Positions 39,876 through 53,960 of a DNA stretch of 64,000 nt are shown in pieces. Numbering within the stretch: the first letter of the stretch is position 1; every line of letters begins with the position of its first letter. The position numbers and the translations under genes are program-made. A model generated the notes under the pieces. That model searched no databases, was not told where the DNA came from, and was given only the letters and a program-made list of their open reading frames with translations. This stretch comes from Phoronis australis (lineage: Eukaryota; Animalia; Phoronida), in the NCBI GenBank assembly GCA_002633005.1, contig NMRA01000071.1, positions 306,197-370,196 on the forward strand. The letters run 5' to 3'.

Positions 39876-40593
39876 CCATCTGATGTTGAATAAAAGGGAC
39901 TAAATAAAGAGCAGGCAACCGATAGGTTGCCTACACTGGATATGTCATCAGTCTAACTTACAGTCTGGTTGCCTAAGCTGGATATGTCATCGGTCTTGTG
40001 TCTGTTGATGGCTGGAATTATGTTATTTTATATTGTGTGTTATTCATTGTTTTTGTATATTGATTTCAAATAGACCACCATGGATTTTTTGGTGTTATCA
40101 TGGTAACATGCATTTTCCTATTAATATTTACTTTAGTTACTATTATTTGTCTTAAGTGAAAATTTTCTTTATTATTGAATATGCGTGTTATCAAATAAAT
40201 AAAATAAAAATCAAAACAACATTAGGGGTGTGCTTGCGTCACTACCACTGGCTAATGGTCAGGCAATGATTGAACTGTTTACACAGTTTCTGACCACTAG
40301 TCGATTATATTCTCATGGCTTCTTATCGTTATTAAATCTCCCTAAAGCCTGTCTTCACACTTCAACTTTCTATATATGACATAGCATCTGATTATCTTAT
40401 GTAACTAATCAAGTGTGTACAGATAGGTGTACTGACACAACGTTTGAGGTGAGAAGTAGTATACCAAGTCCTGCAGGACAATTATTGGAATGTTTCTATA
40501 GTGCTCTACCAGTCCTATGTGAAGAACTGAAATGCCAGGACATGGCTGGTTATAATTCAACAAGGGAAGGACCAGCAGGCAGATAATAGTGGC

Positions 40594-41085
40594 TCTCATT
40601 TCTACAATACACAAACTGATCAGGTATTCAAGGTTCTCATTTCTACAATATACAACTGATCAGGTATTCAATGTTCTCATTTCTACAATATACAACTGAT
40701 CAGGTATTCAATGTTCTCATTTCTACAATACACAACTGATCAGGTATTCGATGTTCTCATTTCTACAATACACAACTGATCAGGTATTCAAGGTTCTCAT
40801 TTCTACAATATATAACTGATCAGGTATTCAATGTTCTCATTTCTACAATACACAACTGATCAGGCATTCAATGTTCTCATTTCTACAATATACAACTGAT
40901 CAGGTATTCAATGTTCTCATTTCTACAATATACAACTGATCAGGTATTCAAGGTTCTCATTTCTACAATATACAACTGATCAGGTATTCAATGTTCTCAT
41001 TTCTACAATATACAACTGATCAGGTATTCAATGTTCTCATTTCTACAATACACAACTGATCAGGTATTCAAGGTTCTCATTTCTA
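40594..41085. repeat. Minisatellite, 40-bp unit x~12
   Basis: ttctcatttctacaatatacaactgatcaggtattcaatg repeated. Confidence 0.95.
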
Positions 41086-43285
41086 AACAGTATGTCACTA
41101 AGGATCTGCAAGCTGATACCGTACTAAAGCTTGGCGCAGACAGAGTTGGGAGCTCAGCTATCAAGTGAGTTATCGGAACAGTGTCAGTGAGCACATAGCT
41201 CACATCAGGGCATGACAAGATGACCCCACTTGAATGATCTAGCATCTAGTTCTATTCTTTTCATTATTTATGTCTTGTTATCTTGTGTAGATTTGTGTAA
41301 ATGCATCAGGTTAGTCCGTTGCTATGTTTGTTACAGCAGTCACATCCAATTGGAATGTCCAAATGTTTGGTTCTCAGCCAATAGATTGTCAGAATATTTC
41401 TAGATTTTTATAATACGATACAAGATCCCCTATGGACAGACTGCTGTTAAGGCATGCAAAGAGTGCAGCCAATAGTGGATATGCTTTTCTATACTTACTG
41501 CAGGAATTAACTCCCATTGTAAATGTAAACCAATCCTTGTAAGGCTGGGAACCCATCTAGCACATAATCTGTTATCTTTGTGCTAAAAATCTGTAGTTTG
41601 CAACTGAACACAATAGGACACAAAATACAAGTAAATACACAATAGTTTATAGCCCTGTAATTGTCTGTTGTGTTAGAACTGCTTATTCTATTGACTTGAG
41701 TGGATCAACATTAATGAAATATAAAATTGTTTCTATCAAGTGAAACAAGTAAACAATAAATCAAGAGTCTTGAGTTTAATTAGTGCGAAAATCACCTATT
41801 TGCAGATTTTTTTTGTTTTCACAATTACAAGTTGTCAATGATTACATCTGCACTTTGTTTATTAAATGATGTTCAAATCACTGTCCTTTAATTCCTGCAA
41901 TACATTAGCATAGTTAGGAGCATGCAAATACATCTTTAAAACTGGCTGAAATTTAAGATTTGCCTTAGCTAAGTCAGTTTTCTTGGAATGGGCACCAGAA
42001 TTACCAACACCCACTGTCAGTAATTGTCCATGTAAAAATCATTTCAACAAAAATCAGTCAAATGAGAATATTATTGGCAGATGCCACTCAACGACCCTGG
42101 AGTGATATGCTTGACAAGCAGGGTTAGGGCAGTGCAACCTGTCTTAAGTCTGTCTCAACCTCCTGGCATTATGGAAGCACTTAGACACATCTCCAATATA
42201 GCCACAACATACCTACCCACTGTAAAAACACACTCATATTTTCACAACATTTAATGTTATTTTCATTCGCAATTCAGTGTTTCTACAAAATTACTAATAT
42301 ACTGTTGTGTGAACAAGTTAGCTGCCAATGAATAGTAAGGAATGTGAACATGGCCTGTTTTCTATATGTGATTTATTTGTTATATCACTTTAGATCAGCC
42401 ACCCACATTACATCCTGCATCCAGTCAATACAAAATGGCTGACTCGTATGTTTTCACTTGTTTGCTTTAAAAACGTAGTACTCGGATGTGATAATGAATT
42501 CACATGAACGCTACCTCCACTTAAGCCATATTGGTCTAGTCAGTGGCATTCTAACATATAAAGAAAAAAATCTATTTATTTGGTTTCATTCCAAATGTCT
42601 CATTCACAGAGCCTGCCACTATTGTTAATATGTCATCTGATTATTCATGTACTTTCATTCATCAGAAATAATGATTTTGTAATGCTGTATCTTACAATTT
42701 TAACTAAATGTATATATAAAAGCAGATCTCTGCACCTGGCCTTCAAGGAAAGTTTTGATTAATATACTTAAAATAAGGACCTCGTCTGCAATTCTTAATT
42801 TTTAGTCTTTGAGGAATTAGTAACACAATAGTTTTGTAAGAAATTGTAAATTTAAAGTACCTGCTATTGCCACAAGTGATGAAACTTTGGCCAGTTTTAA
42901 CTTAAAAGCAACTCAAAATGTGAAGTTACATTTTTTATGTAAAGCATAAGTACAAAACTGACAGCGTAAAGTCTCACCAATTTTGGACAAAAATAACGTC
43001 ATAGTTTAGTGTGGGGCATGAAGCTATGGTATGAGATATAAAGCTACATATACGTAAAGTAGGACATAGAGCTATACTATAGGTCATAGAACTACAATAT
43101 AGTATTTTACTGTGGCTCAAGTTTACAAATATTTTTGTGTAGCTATAATTTACATGTATTTTTCCATGGCAAGAATTTGCAAGTATTGTAGCTGGAGAAT
43201 TTGATTTTTGTGTATAAGCATATACGTGTTGATTAGACAAACAGTTGGTGTTGATACTTATGTGACTAAACCTTGTCATTTGCAG

Positions 43286-43385
43286 ACCCCCGTCATGCCG
43301 GAGATGAAGCTATCCCAGGCTACTGTCAACCCAAGTGTACACCCAAGTTCTGTAAAGCCAACCCGAAAGAAATATGCTCAGCAGT
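43286..43385 (+). CDS. IB-domain protein, exon 2
   Basis: Acceptor tttgcag; reads PRHAGDEAIPGYCQPKCTPKFCKANPKEICSA; donor gtaagt. Phases (1 in, 2 out) fit both neighbouring exons. Confidence 0.82.
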
Positions 43386-43832
43386 GTAAGTACTCACTTC
43401 TTTTGATGAAAATCAAATAATATGGTAAATTCTCACCCATTTCAGATAAAAATTATTGCCATAATTTTTCCATTTTAAAGGTGCTCTGATATTGTCAAGG
43501 TGATCTGATATTGAATAGTGGAAGCTATGATGTTGCACAACTTACAGAGTTGTGATCTTTGCCTTTGAGGCTCCTTAGAACAATTAAATTGTAGGAATTA
43601 TGAAAATTCACAATAACTGACTACAAATTGAAACATGTATCATGGCAATACACAATCACAATATGAATCTTGGTAAGGCACTATACTGACTGTAAATTGA
43701 GGTAGGAATCTTGGATATACATTACGCTGACTACAAATTAAAGTATGCATCTTGCTAATGTGTTATCACTTACTACAAATTAAAGAATTTGCCAAACATC
43801 AAAATCACAGTGCTATGGCATTTGGTTTTGAA

Positions 43833-45032
43833 GGTTATCTCCAACCTTATTTAGTGGCCTCTATTCTAACTCGTACATCAAAAAAATAGTTTGTCAACTA
43901 GTAAAAGTATATATTTTCTGAAAGACCAAAGTTAAGGATCATGAAAATACTTTTTGTATTAATGTACCATTATTATTTTTACATAAAAACCTTTTTTAAG
44001 TCAAAAAAAATTAAAAAAGGTACATTCATAGCAAAATAACCCCAAGGTTAATTTTAATGGATTTTTTTAAATGAAAACTACACCAGTTACCTCAAAAGCA
44101 CTGTTAGGAATTTTCGATTAGTCTTTTTGTTTGGTTTTTATGACAGATCAACAGGCAAAACGTAAGGTACCTTTGTAAAAAACGAAAATATCAAAGTCTT
44201 CGGTTGATTATTCCGTGAAAACTTGTTTTCGGTACACGTAACCTATACAAGCCTCAAATATGTTCGCTATTTCAACATTCACTTGCAATGTCAACTGATT
44301 TTGCTGTGCGTAATTAACATAATTATCATTAAAACGTACCATTCCCAGCTAACTCTTACTGTTGTTTGCGACCTATTTGACCTACTTTTATATAAATAGG
44401 TCATAGTTCATTGTCATACACATAGCCTGTACACGTCACGTGCTGGGACACTGACACGAAACCAAGTAAGAAATGGATAACAAAAATCGAATCAGTGGTT
44501 AAAGCATGTCGTCAGCATGAGATCAAAACATTGAAATGTCAATTTATTAATTTAATGAAGGAATTAGGGTGAGGATTTATCTCTTTTCACAACTTGCTGT
44601 ATTCATGACCACAGAGGCCTGAAGTGACCATAGCATTCATTCTCAACGCCAACGGTCGTATGCATGTAGACCCATAACTCCCTTAGTAGTTTTGTCTTAG
44701 TTTTCCCCGGCACCATCCCACCGTAAGTACACCTGGGTGACTCAATGTTATGGCGATTTGTAAATGAAAGGATTGAGGGTATACGAAGCTGTTCTGTACT
44801 TGGCGGGAGATTTGATTTGATTGAAAGCCTTTTAATCTTTGACCTTGGATAAATAGTAAACAAATCTCCACGCAGCTGTGCAGTTCCAAGGTGGTTCTGT
44901 TACATCTTTTTTCTCGCTACGCAGTATATATTTTGTATTTGAAGTTCCCCGAGAATGAAGATAAGGTATTTTAGTAGGCACGTGAAATATTGTAAAAACA
45001 GTAATTTTTTGTGAAAAAGGTTTGAGATAACC
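43833..45032. mobile_element. Non-autonomous Kolobok-like element, family B copy 2 (in intron 2 of the IB gene)
   Basis: TGAA/TTAA flanks; TIR GGTTATCTCCAACCTT / AAGGTTTGAGATAACC; colinear with 22668-24064 apart from an internal deletion of about 200 bp. Confidence 0.85.
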
Positions 45033-46101
45033 TTAAATGGAGTTCACTCTTATATTTGCCAGACTATACTCTGTCCAGACTTGACATGCTCATATACTAA
45101 TTAAATCAAACAAAATTGCGTTTCTTATTTCATTTTTTCTAATCATCATTTTTGAATTAATTTATTTACTATTTATTTATGTATATGTTTACTTATTTAT
45201 TATTTTTGTATGTTTGCGTATATTTTTATTTACCTGTTTACTTACTTATATACTTGTTTACTGCTGATTGTCTTATGTTTTCATTTTGTTTCTCTATTTT
45301 TACGGTCCATACTTGAGATAAATCTTTGACCTTTTATGTTATCCTTGTCTTGCACTTGTACTTTTATCTTGTGTTTTATGTTTCTCTTTTATTTCTCAGT
45401 TCTTGTATGATTCTAATAACTTAATTATAATTATTATTATTATTTTATTTGCATTGTAAAGTTAGAAAGCACAGTTTGAATTACATTATAGCCAGTACAG
45501 ATCTCAGAACAAATAACGCTACCTAGTGAGCATTAAGTGTAGTATATTAGAATAAAACAATGAAGCACTCATTGACCTCAAGCAACTAAAACAGAGAAAT
45601 GACAAAAATGTGAAAAGTAGAGATATTTATTTACAGATAATTAGAGATATTTATTTACAGATAATCAGAGATATTTACTTACAGTAGTCTGTTGGCGTTC
45701 ACCACTGGTCTGACTAGATGTGATAAACTTGAGTATTTTTAGAAAATGAGTGCAGACTTTCATTCTGCAGATACAATCAGACATCAAGACTACAGCTGAA
45801 CCTTTGGTACACTTCATCTTTTTGACATTTTAAGGAGTTGTGTGAGGAACTCTACCACAAATGTGCAAAGTATGAGTGACCTCTGTTGATCATTAAAGTG
45901 AATTAGATATTTAATAACTCGTTTTATCTGAAAACTATGGGTCTACGACTGATGACCATATATTTAATAACACGATTTATTTGAAAAGTGGGGGTCTATG
46001 GATGTTGACAATAATAGTGAATTAGGTATTTATCAGCTTGCTTTGTCTAAAAACTCTTTATCTAAAAATGTCATATTAAAGGTTATCTCTGACCTAAGTT
46101 C

Positions 46102-46260
46102 TGTTGTGAAAGTGCTTCCGGTGAATCATATAAAATTATGAGCCTGTTAGCCACTCACTAACGGGCAATTGCCTATTAGCTGAATGGTTAGCACGCTTGC
46201 CAGTTTTATGGGGGTCGCTGGTTCGATTCCCGAGGTCGGGTAATCTCGGCTATTACTACA
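46102..46260 (+). mobile_element. 159-bp solo LTR containing a tRNA-like sequence
   Basis: TGTTGTG...TACTACA termini with GTTC direct repeats at 46098-46101 and 46261-46264. Internal A box TAGCTGAATGG (46177) and B box GGTTCGATTCC (46220). Confidence 0.65.
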
Positions 46261-46611
46261 GTTCTGTAGCCAACATTAAAGACATTCTAAAGTAAACTAA
46301 AAAATTTTACATGCAATTCAACTTCAGAGGAGAATTTCAGTTCAATATCTATGAATGCCTTTATAATGAGTTTTCAGCAAATGTTGGAGCTGATTTGGGT
46401 CAAAAGGTGGATTAAAAAGTTTCCACTCATGCCTTTAAAATAATTTAAAGTCCACCTTTTGACCCATGAAGAAGCAAACATTTCCATGAATAGCCCAGTT
46501 TTCAGATATCATCAGCCACTAAAATAATTTTAGGACCATTTCAATTCAAGTCTTAAAGTACATAAAAGCTGGGTAGTAACCACTCATTCATGGCCACTTC
46601 CTGCCAAAATA

Positions 46612-46890
46612 TACAAGTAGGTTTCAATGCAGGTCTACCCCGATACAGGTAGGCTTTAATAGGCACCTACTCAGATACATGTAGGCTTCAATAGACACCT
46701 AATCAGATACAGGTATGCTTGAAAAGACACTTAGGCAGATACAGGTAGGCTTGAAAAGACACCTAGGCAGATACAGGTAGGTTTCAATAGACACCTACTC
46801 AGATACAGGTGGGCCTCAATAGATACCTACTCAGATACAGGTAGGTTTCAATAGACACCTACTCAGATACAGGTAGGCTTCAATACATAT
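46612..46890. repeat. Minisatellite, ~32-bp unit
   Basis: caggtaggyttcaatagacacctactcagata repeated. Confidence 0.9.
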
Positions 46891-46930
46891 CTACCTGGGC
46901 TAGTACAAGACTAGCTTAGGAATTTTTGTG

Positions 46931-47270
46931 AACTATTACGACATCCCAACTATTACGACATCACAACTATTACGACATCACAACTATTAGGGCATCGTAA
47001 CTATTAGGGCATCATAACTACTAAGTCATCATAACTATTAGGACATCGTAACTATTAGGGTATCACAACTATTAGGGCATTATAACTATTAGGACATCAC
47101 AACTATTAGGACGTCATAACTATTAGGGCATCATAACTATTAGGACATCATAACTATTAGGTCATCATAACTATTACGACATCATAACTATTAGGTCATC
47201 ATAACTACTAGGGCTTCATAACTATTAGGGCATCGTAACTATTAGCGGTTCATATCTATTAAGATATCAT
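46931..47270. repeat. Minisatellite, 17-bp unit x~19
   Basis: aactattaggrcatcat repeated. Confidence 0.92.
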
Positions 47271-50200
47271 ATCTGGACACCAGTTCATAACATGAACACG
47301 TACAAATATGAGAAAATGAAGTGGAAGTTTCTGCTACATTAAAAGTTTATTTATTCAAAGCAAAGCACTTCTCCATTGGTCCTCACTTCCTGCAGACATC
47401 GGACATTTTTTTCTATATTTAATTCCTTCCAAGCAGCCAACTAGAAAATCTGACTCTTAAAGAAGTGGTTAAGTGCTCTCAGTCAGACTGGAAATTGACA
47501 AAAATTGTCAAAATATTGGGATTACTGCTTAGTGGATAAACAGCACAGCTTGAACAGTTTTAAGTGTGAGAGTATAAGTTGAGAACAACGCCACTTTTAG
47601 GAGACATGTTGCATGGTTGTGAGTGTGAACTCTATTAAAACTGATTTTTTTACCTACTAAGATTATTGCATACTGTGAGCCAATCTTGATTTTCCAGTGA
47701 ATAAACAAATAAGTTTTCCTGCATGTGTGTTCAATATCTGCATGGCGACCCCAGTGGAAGGATTGGCCCAGGTTACCCCATAGAAATGTCCGTACTTGTG
47801 TTATGCCTGCGGAGGTGAAGGTGATAATACCTTACAGCTGTTTAAATGGTAACAATGCTTTTTTATAGAAAACTGAATTAGTGACTAATGTTTACATGCG
47901 CTGTACTAATGGGCTACAGACGGCTACCATTACCTCTAGTGGTGCAAGCTACGCTTAATTTTTGTGACATTCAGGGGGTTAACTCCAACTGAAGGGAGAT
48001 ATAGGACAGGCACTTCAAATGGGAAGGGTTAAATACAGAACTAAGTAAAAAGGTGGTTTTTCCCATTTAATTTCCTCAAAAAGGTACGCTTTGAAAACTA
48101 CAGAATCTAGGAATGCTGCTGGAAGAATACATCTCAATGTCCAGAAAGTTACTGACTGACCAGTGATTGACTGACTGACAGACTGACTGACCAGTCCTCA
48201 TTTTATTAATCCAACAACAACAGTCTAGAGTCCTACTTACATAACATTTCAAACAACAGAACCAACAGTTTGCTTACCCCACAGCTTGATTAACCTTTTT
48301 CAATGGCACTGCAAATACATTCCCTAAGGCAAATGACTTCTCCTATTTTGCTAAGAAAATTTTATTTATAAAATTAATCACTTTTATTGATTTACTGTTA
48401 GCAATTTGTTTTTCATAAATTCATAAGCAAATCAGAATAGCACACCTTTAACTGACTTAAGGCATAAGTTGTTTTGAGCTCTTTTATTCACTTCATGGAT
48501 TTCTCACTGGCTTTGATAAAATCAATCACAAATGTTGTGATTTCTCCAGCTATGATATGTCTGCGAAATACTAGTCCACTCACAACTGTGGTGCATGGAT
48601 GGCTGACTTCATAACTCTTGGCCTTATCAATTCATATTGAATTTCGCTGATGAATGCACATCTAGAGTTAATGGTTTGGTTTATTGTAGGACCCCACTTG
48701 AGTACATGTGCTGCTATCAATAACATCAAATTTAGTTTGCCATCATTGTTTAAGATTAAATGCTGTCACAGTTTTCTAACTTCTGATTTCATTTTAAGCA
48801 GCTTTTGTTTTTTTCATGAAAAACATCAGTCTTATTTTTTGATAGCCACTCATACAAAGGTGGGTCATTTAAAAAACAATGACGAACAGAATTTTGGGGA
48901 ACAGTGCATTGAGCATAGTATATGAAAGGTCTATATGATCCTACATAGCATAGTGTATGAAAGGTCTATATATGATCCTACATAGCGTTAATTAGTTAGA
49001 CTCATGGTTAGTCACAGTTAGTTTCTAGTTATCAGGTACCGGTATACATTGTTTGTGATGAACCAGCACATGTAATTGATTACTGTAGTCAAAGAAAGCT
49101 GTCATTCAAATCACTTTGAACCAAACTAAAGAGGGACAACTTCTAAACCAAGTACTGGCATGTCTTGAGTAGCTGGTTTTCAAATCATCATTATACGTCA
49201 ATGAAATCATAAATTTTTTAACCACATGTCGAAAATTAGTGATAAAACTAGCAGATGCGACAACACTTACAGTGAAGACATTCTCACAAGCGGCAACAGT
49301 TTAATACACTAAAGACATTCTGACATGCAGCTGCAGTTCAATACATGTTGGCATGTGTTGTAGTCTACATGTTGTTTTTAAACTTTTTCCCACCACAACT
49401 TGTACAACATGAACAACCAGTCAAGTCAAATGAACATGTCAAAGCACAAGCCTGTGCTCTTGATATCAGATGAAGTGGTATGAGACACGAATTTATTGCG
49501 AAATACACCATCCATGTTAACTATAACCAATTGTTAATAACTCAGAAAGGTTGTGAATATGGGTAGTACTCCTTCTCAATTGATTTCAAAGTTATATGCG
49601 CTGTAATTACTAATAATTTTTCTGCACGTCTTCAGTTATTCATATCCTCCTTTTTAATAACCCATTAAATGACAAACAAAATACATAACAATATGTAGCA
49701 CACTGCAGATCCACAAACCACTCAAGTCCCATTTAAGTTTTTCTGTGCCAATTTCCATAAGATAATGTTTAGAGTGCTTAAAATCACCAATTTCATATCA
49801 AAACATCAAAACCTACCCCACCAGTTGATCAGCTGTCAATATAGAACACTTGCAAATACTATCTGACGATATGTTAAATAGTCGAATTCGAGTTAAGAAA
49901 ATTGATTGGTCAAAACATACTGCGTAAAATCGGGACAACCAGTCACAGCATTAGTCATCCTCCACTGTAATTAGCGTGATATATTGTCAGATCTTGCAGC
50001 TCCTTGGAATGACCAAAGACAAAAACAGACAAAAATTTTCCAGGTGATGTATCTTTCCACAAATAAATAGGCTTGTGTGATAGAAATATTTTGCGTTGTA
50101 AAATTTAACTGAAATAAACGTTTTTGTATAAACAAAGTTAAAATAATAACAAAAAAGAGGAAGCTGGAAATGAAATAAGAGGAACTTGAAACCAAAAAGG

Positions 50201-52129
50201 AAGAATTCCCTTAAAAGCCCTGAATAAGAAAAAGCGAGGGACTGCGTTAGTGGTGGTTGTGACAGTTTAGTATTTGACTATCATAACGCCACTTTTCACT
50301 TTCCCACGGGACATCATGGAAGAAGCACGAATATGGGTTATGTTTTTTATAAGAAAGTCACGTGTTCGTAGTGGACATGACACATTGGACCTCGGTCCAT
50401 TCACACGTCAATGAAATCAATGAATCATCACCTAGGTCCAATGTGACGTGTGAACGGACCTAGGTGCACTGTGTCATGACGGACCTAGGTCCGTTCACAC
50501 GTCACACTCATGTCTGTGGAGCTAAGAAACTTTCTATTGAAATTGCTTTTTTCTAATTTCTCATTTTTGGGAAACTGAATTCAAAATTGGGATATGCAGT
50601 GCTATATAGGAAGGTTTAATGACACTGACAACGTAGTCACTTGTCAAACTACGGTAAATGATAGTTTGAAATACTTTAAATGTTCATGATATTGTAATTG
50701 CCATCTTGCTTTCTTATTAAGCCTTGTTAGTGGTAGACCACTATATAGATATATATGTCTTGGCACTGTGGCAGATCAGTTTCCAACTCTAAAATAAACA
50801 TTTCAATAAACTACATCACAGTAGCTGTGGTGGTCTCCATTATATGTGCATGATTGACATATCTCTTAATGGTGAACCCTGGCTTTTTTATTTATTTTGC
50901 ACAGTCTGAATTTTTGGAAAATAAAATAGAAGTGAAGTAATGAGCTTGATCAATTGTGAAATACACAGCCAGTGTGAGTGTGAAGACTTAACCATAGTAG
51001 AACTACTTCGCCAGCGATTCAATGCCCTATCAGTGTCTGTTTGAAGGCTTGCTCATACTTACATTGCAGTCACAGCAACAACCATTTAATTATCTGACAA
51101 TACAAACTGATACTCAATTGCTGGTTACATCACAGCTGACATGCCTCTAGCTATTAATGAGATGGGAACTTTATTTGGGTTGGCCATAATTAAATGTTAG
51201 TTTTGTTAATTTCAGATAATTCACTTTACTGGACAATTTAATCTTCCAAGTCTTCCTCCATCAGTTTACTGCTGCGAAACTAAACACTCCTCTTTATTGT
51301 GTTGTCTACACTGAAGCTGCCAATGGAATTTCATATTTTCTGGTTTTTCTTAATTAGAATTTGGCCTGATGATTTTGTATATTCTCAGGTTACTAACTAT
51401 TAATTGTTTTGCAAGTCTATTAAACGATTTAGACAATATTTAGACACTCTATCATATTATATAACCCATAAAGAAAAGGTTTAGATTTTTAAAAATTATT
51501 TTACTTAGTGTCCCAGACTTGCTGAAAATAAGCGAGAGTTATCTCTCTATTAATGACTGACTCAGCTGATTGAGAGATAGTTGACAAGAACTGGACCATG
51601 TGGCTAAGAATATTTTGGATGAATACATACAGTATGAAACATCTCTACTTAGTACACATGTACTGTACTTAGATCACATGTACTCTACTCAGTACACCTG
51701 TAATAAATAGTTTCAACTTAGAGCAAGTATTTCAAGAGAACAAACCCACTGTGTATATTAGCAGGAAGAGATAACCAGTTAATAGTTTCACAACGTACAA
51801 TTACAAAACATCCAACATGGAGCACTGTATTGTTCTTTCAAACGCACTACAGATGGAAAATTTAGGAACCAATTGTTAAGATAAGCATTACTTGTCATTA
51901 TACATTCATTTGTAATTTAGGTAGTAGGCCTAACCCATCAGGTGTGGTATTAAGGGGGATTCAAGCCTCCTGCCATCTAGCAACATTAGCATACATTAGG
52001 GGTGAGTGTCTGGGCATAGGACTTAGTCATTGGGAGACATTTGTAAACATCCAGCAAATGCCAGCCACACATTTGAACATTGTAGTACGTTGCACTGAGT
52101 GCTCTTTGACCTCTGTTTTTCTGTTGCAG

Positions 52130-52328
52130 GGACGTGGCAGAGGTGAAACAAGAGTGTCAGGGAGAGTGCCAACACACTTCTTGTCAGGCATGTAGGTTTG
52201 CTGACTATGATCCTGATTGCATCAAGTGCAGTAAAGATGACTTCTCATGTATGAAGAAGTACGCCAAGTGTGTCAAGAAACAGTACTGTACGCGGAACAA
52301 GTTTCCATGTCGGAAAGCAGCCTACAGG
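52130..52328 (+). CDS. IB-domain protein, exon 3 (Cys-rich)
   Basis: Acceptor tttttctgttgcag; reads DVAEVKQECQGECQHTSCQAC...CIKCSKDDFSCMKKYAKCVKKQYCTRNKFPCRKAAYR; donor gtgagt in phase 0. Confidence 0.85.
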
Positions 52329-53683
52329 GTGAGTAGAGAACATGTTGTAGGTTGTAATCTACAGGGTGAGTAGAGAACATGTAAGTAGTAATCTACAGGG
52401 TGAGTAGAGAACATGTAAGTAGTAATCTACAGGGTGAGTAAGAGTGTATGATGGAAATCACTGCTTCAGAGATGCCCACTAGTACACATTAAAATGTCAC
52501 CAACCTAGAATATCAGACAAACCAGTGCTCAATGCACAACATCAAATCAAACAACATGACTGCATCAACAACAGCCATGACTCAAAATCCACTTTTCACA
52601 ATTTAGTGAAAGCACAGGTTTTGAAAAATTAAATGATAATCAAAACCTATAAACACTGGGCCTTTAAAGTTAATCATTTGCTAATTTGGCAATAACACAA
52701 ATTTGGACATTCAACTGAAAGTTTGAAAATTTTTCATAATGTCCAAGAAAACGTTTTTATTTTTGTTTGTGAAAATACAGAAAAACCAAAAATACTAAAA
52801 CTTGTGGAAAAAATAATGGAGGCACAATTTTTGGGTAGGCACCACTGCTGCATGAATTTCCCCTCTCCCAGTGAGGGAGCAGCAGGCTATCATGTGTACA
52901 GCCCAGTGTAGTCTGGAGGGTCCAGACTATCATGTGCATAGGTCAGTGATGACTTGTGCTGTCTAGGGTTTCTTGTTTTGATGAACACAACCTCATTCAT
53001 GTTTTGGTCAGAGACCAACATTTTGATAAGTCAGCAACATTCAGAGGACCATGCCGTACCACAAAGAGAATTCAAAGTCTGCGCCTCTTTGTATGACACT
53101 ATGTGTCTGGTTGTGTAAACTGGTCAGAGCAGAATGGTCCACTTAAAATTTTTACATTGTCTGTAAGCATTGTCTGGTTGTGTAAACTGGTCAGAGCAGA
53201 ATGGTCCACTTAAAATTTTTACATTGTCTGTAAGCATTGTCTGCTTGTTACATTCTAATTTACTTTGTTGAGTTTTTGACAAAAGTAAGCGGTACTTACC
53301 ATTTTATATTCCTTGGTATTTGTCATTACATTTCCATAGAGCACCTAGAAAATTCTATGGATTTCATAAGCATTTTCAAAATTATAAGGTCTTTTTCACA
53401 ACAATTTACTTTGTAAATATACTTCATTTAAAACTAGTGGTCCATGTTTTCCAATATATTTTGTTTTGTCAACAATCACACCTCAAAACAACAGTTTTTT
53501 CACAGTGTGTTGTGATTGAAGTATTTATTCCAAAACATTCTATAATTCCCTTGGTTAACCTCTGATTAAAAACAAAAATGTTTTCAATACTAAGTCAGCA
53601 ATTGTGTGTTTACTGTAATTTAATATCAAATCTTAAGTGTTTTGGTTCTTAGTCACTAGAGATTATCCAGGTCGGGTATCACG

Positions 53684-53960
53684 ACTTCCACTGCCTGCCC
53701 CACCCCCCACCATGAAGTACAATGCTAGTCTAATCAAACCTATAGTCTTCCACTGGGCCCCCGATGAGGTAAAATGCTAGTCTAATCAAACCTATAGTCT
53801 TCCACTGGGCCCCCGATGAGGTAAAATGCTAGTCTAATCAAACCTATAGTCTTCCACTGGGCCCCCGATGAGGTAAAATGCTAGTCTAATCACACCTACA
53901 GTCTTCCACTGGGCCCCCCCGATGAGGTACAACGCTACTCTAACCTCAATCTTAGTCTTC
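53684..53960. repeat. Minisatellite, ~52-bp unit x4-5
   Basis: aatgctagtctaatcaaacctatagtcttccactgggcccccgatgaggtaa repeated. Confidence 0.9.

Noticed and set aside
39541-39918. Repetitive ORFs (VPAAHHVQTILA)n and (VQLKWSVH)n
   Set aside because: Products of a 36-bp intronic minisatellite; no splice or gene context.
40594-41085. Regular repeat array superficially like CRISPR
   Set aside because: Units are head-to-tail with no unique spacers, there are no cas genes, and the context is eukaryotic. The same holds for the other arrays.
46171-46241. Functional tRNA gene
   Set aside because: Acceptor and anticodon stems pair poorly, there is no poly-T terminator, and it is embedded in an LTR-like unit.
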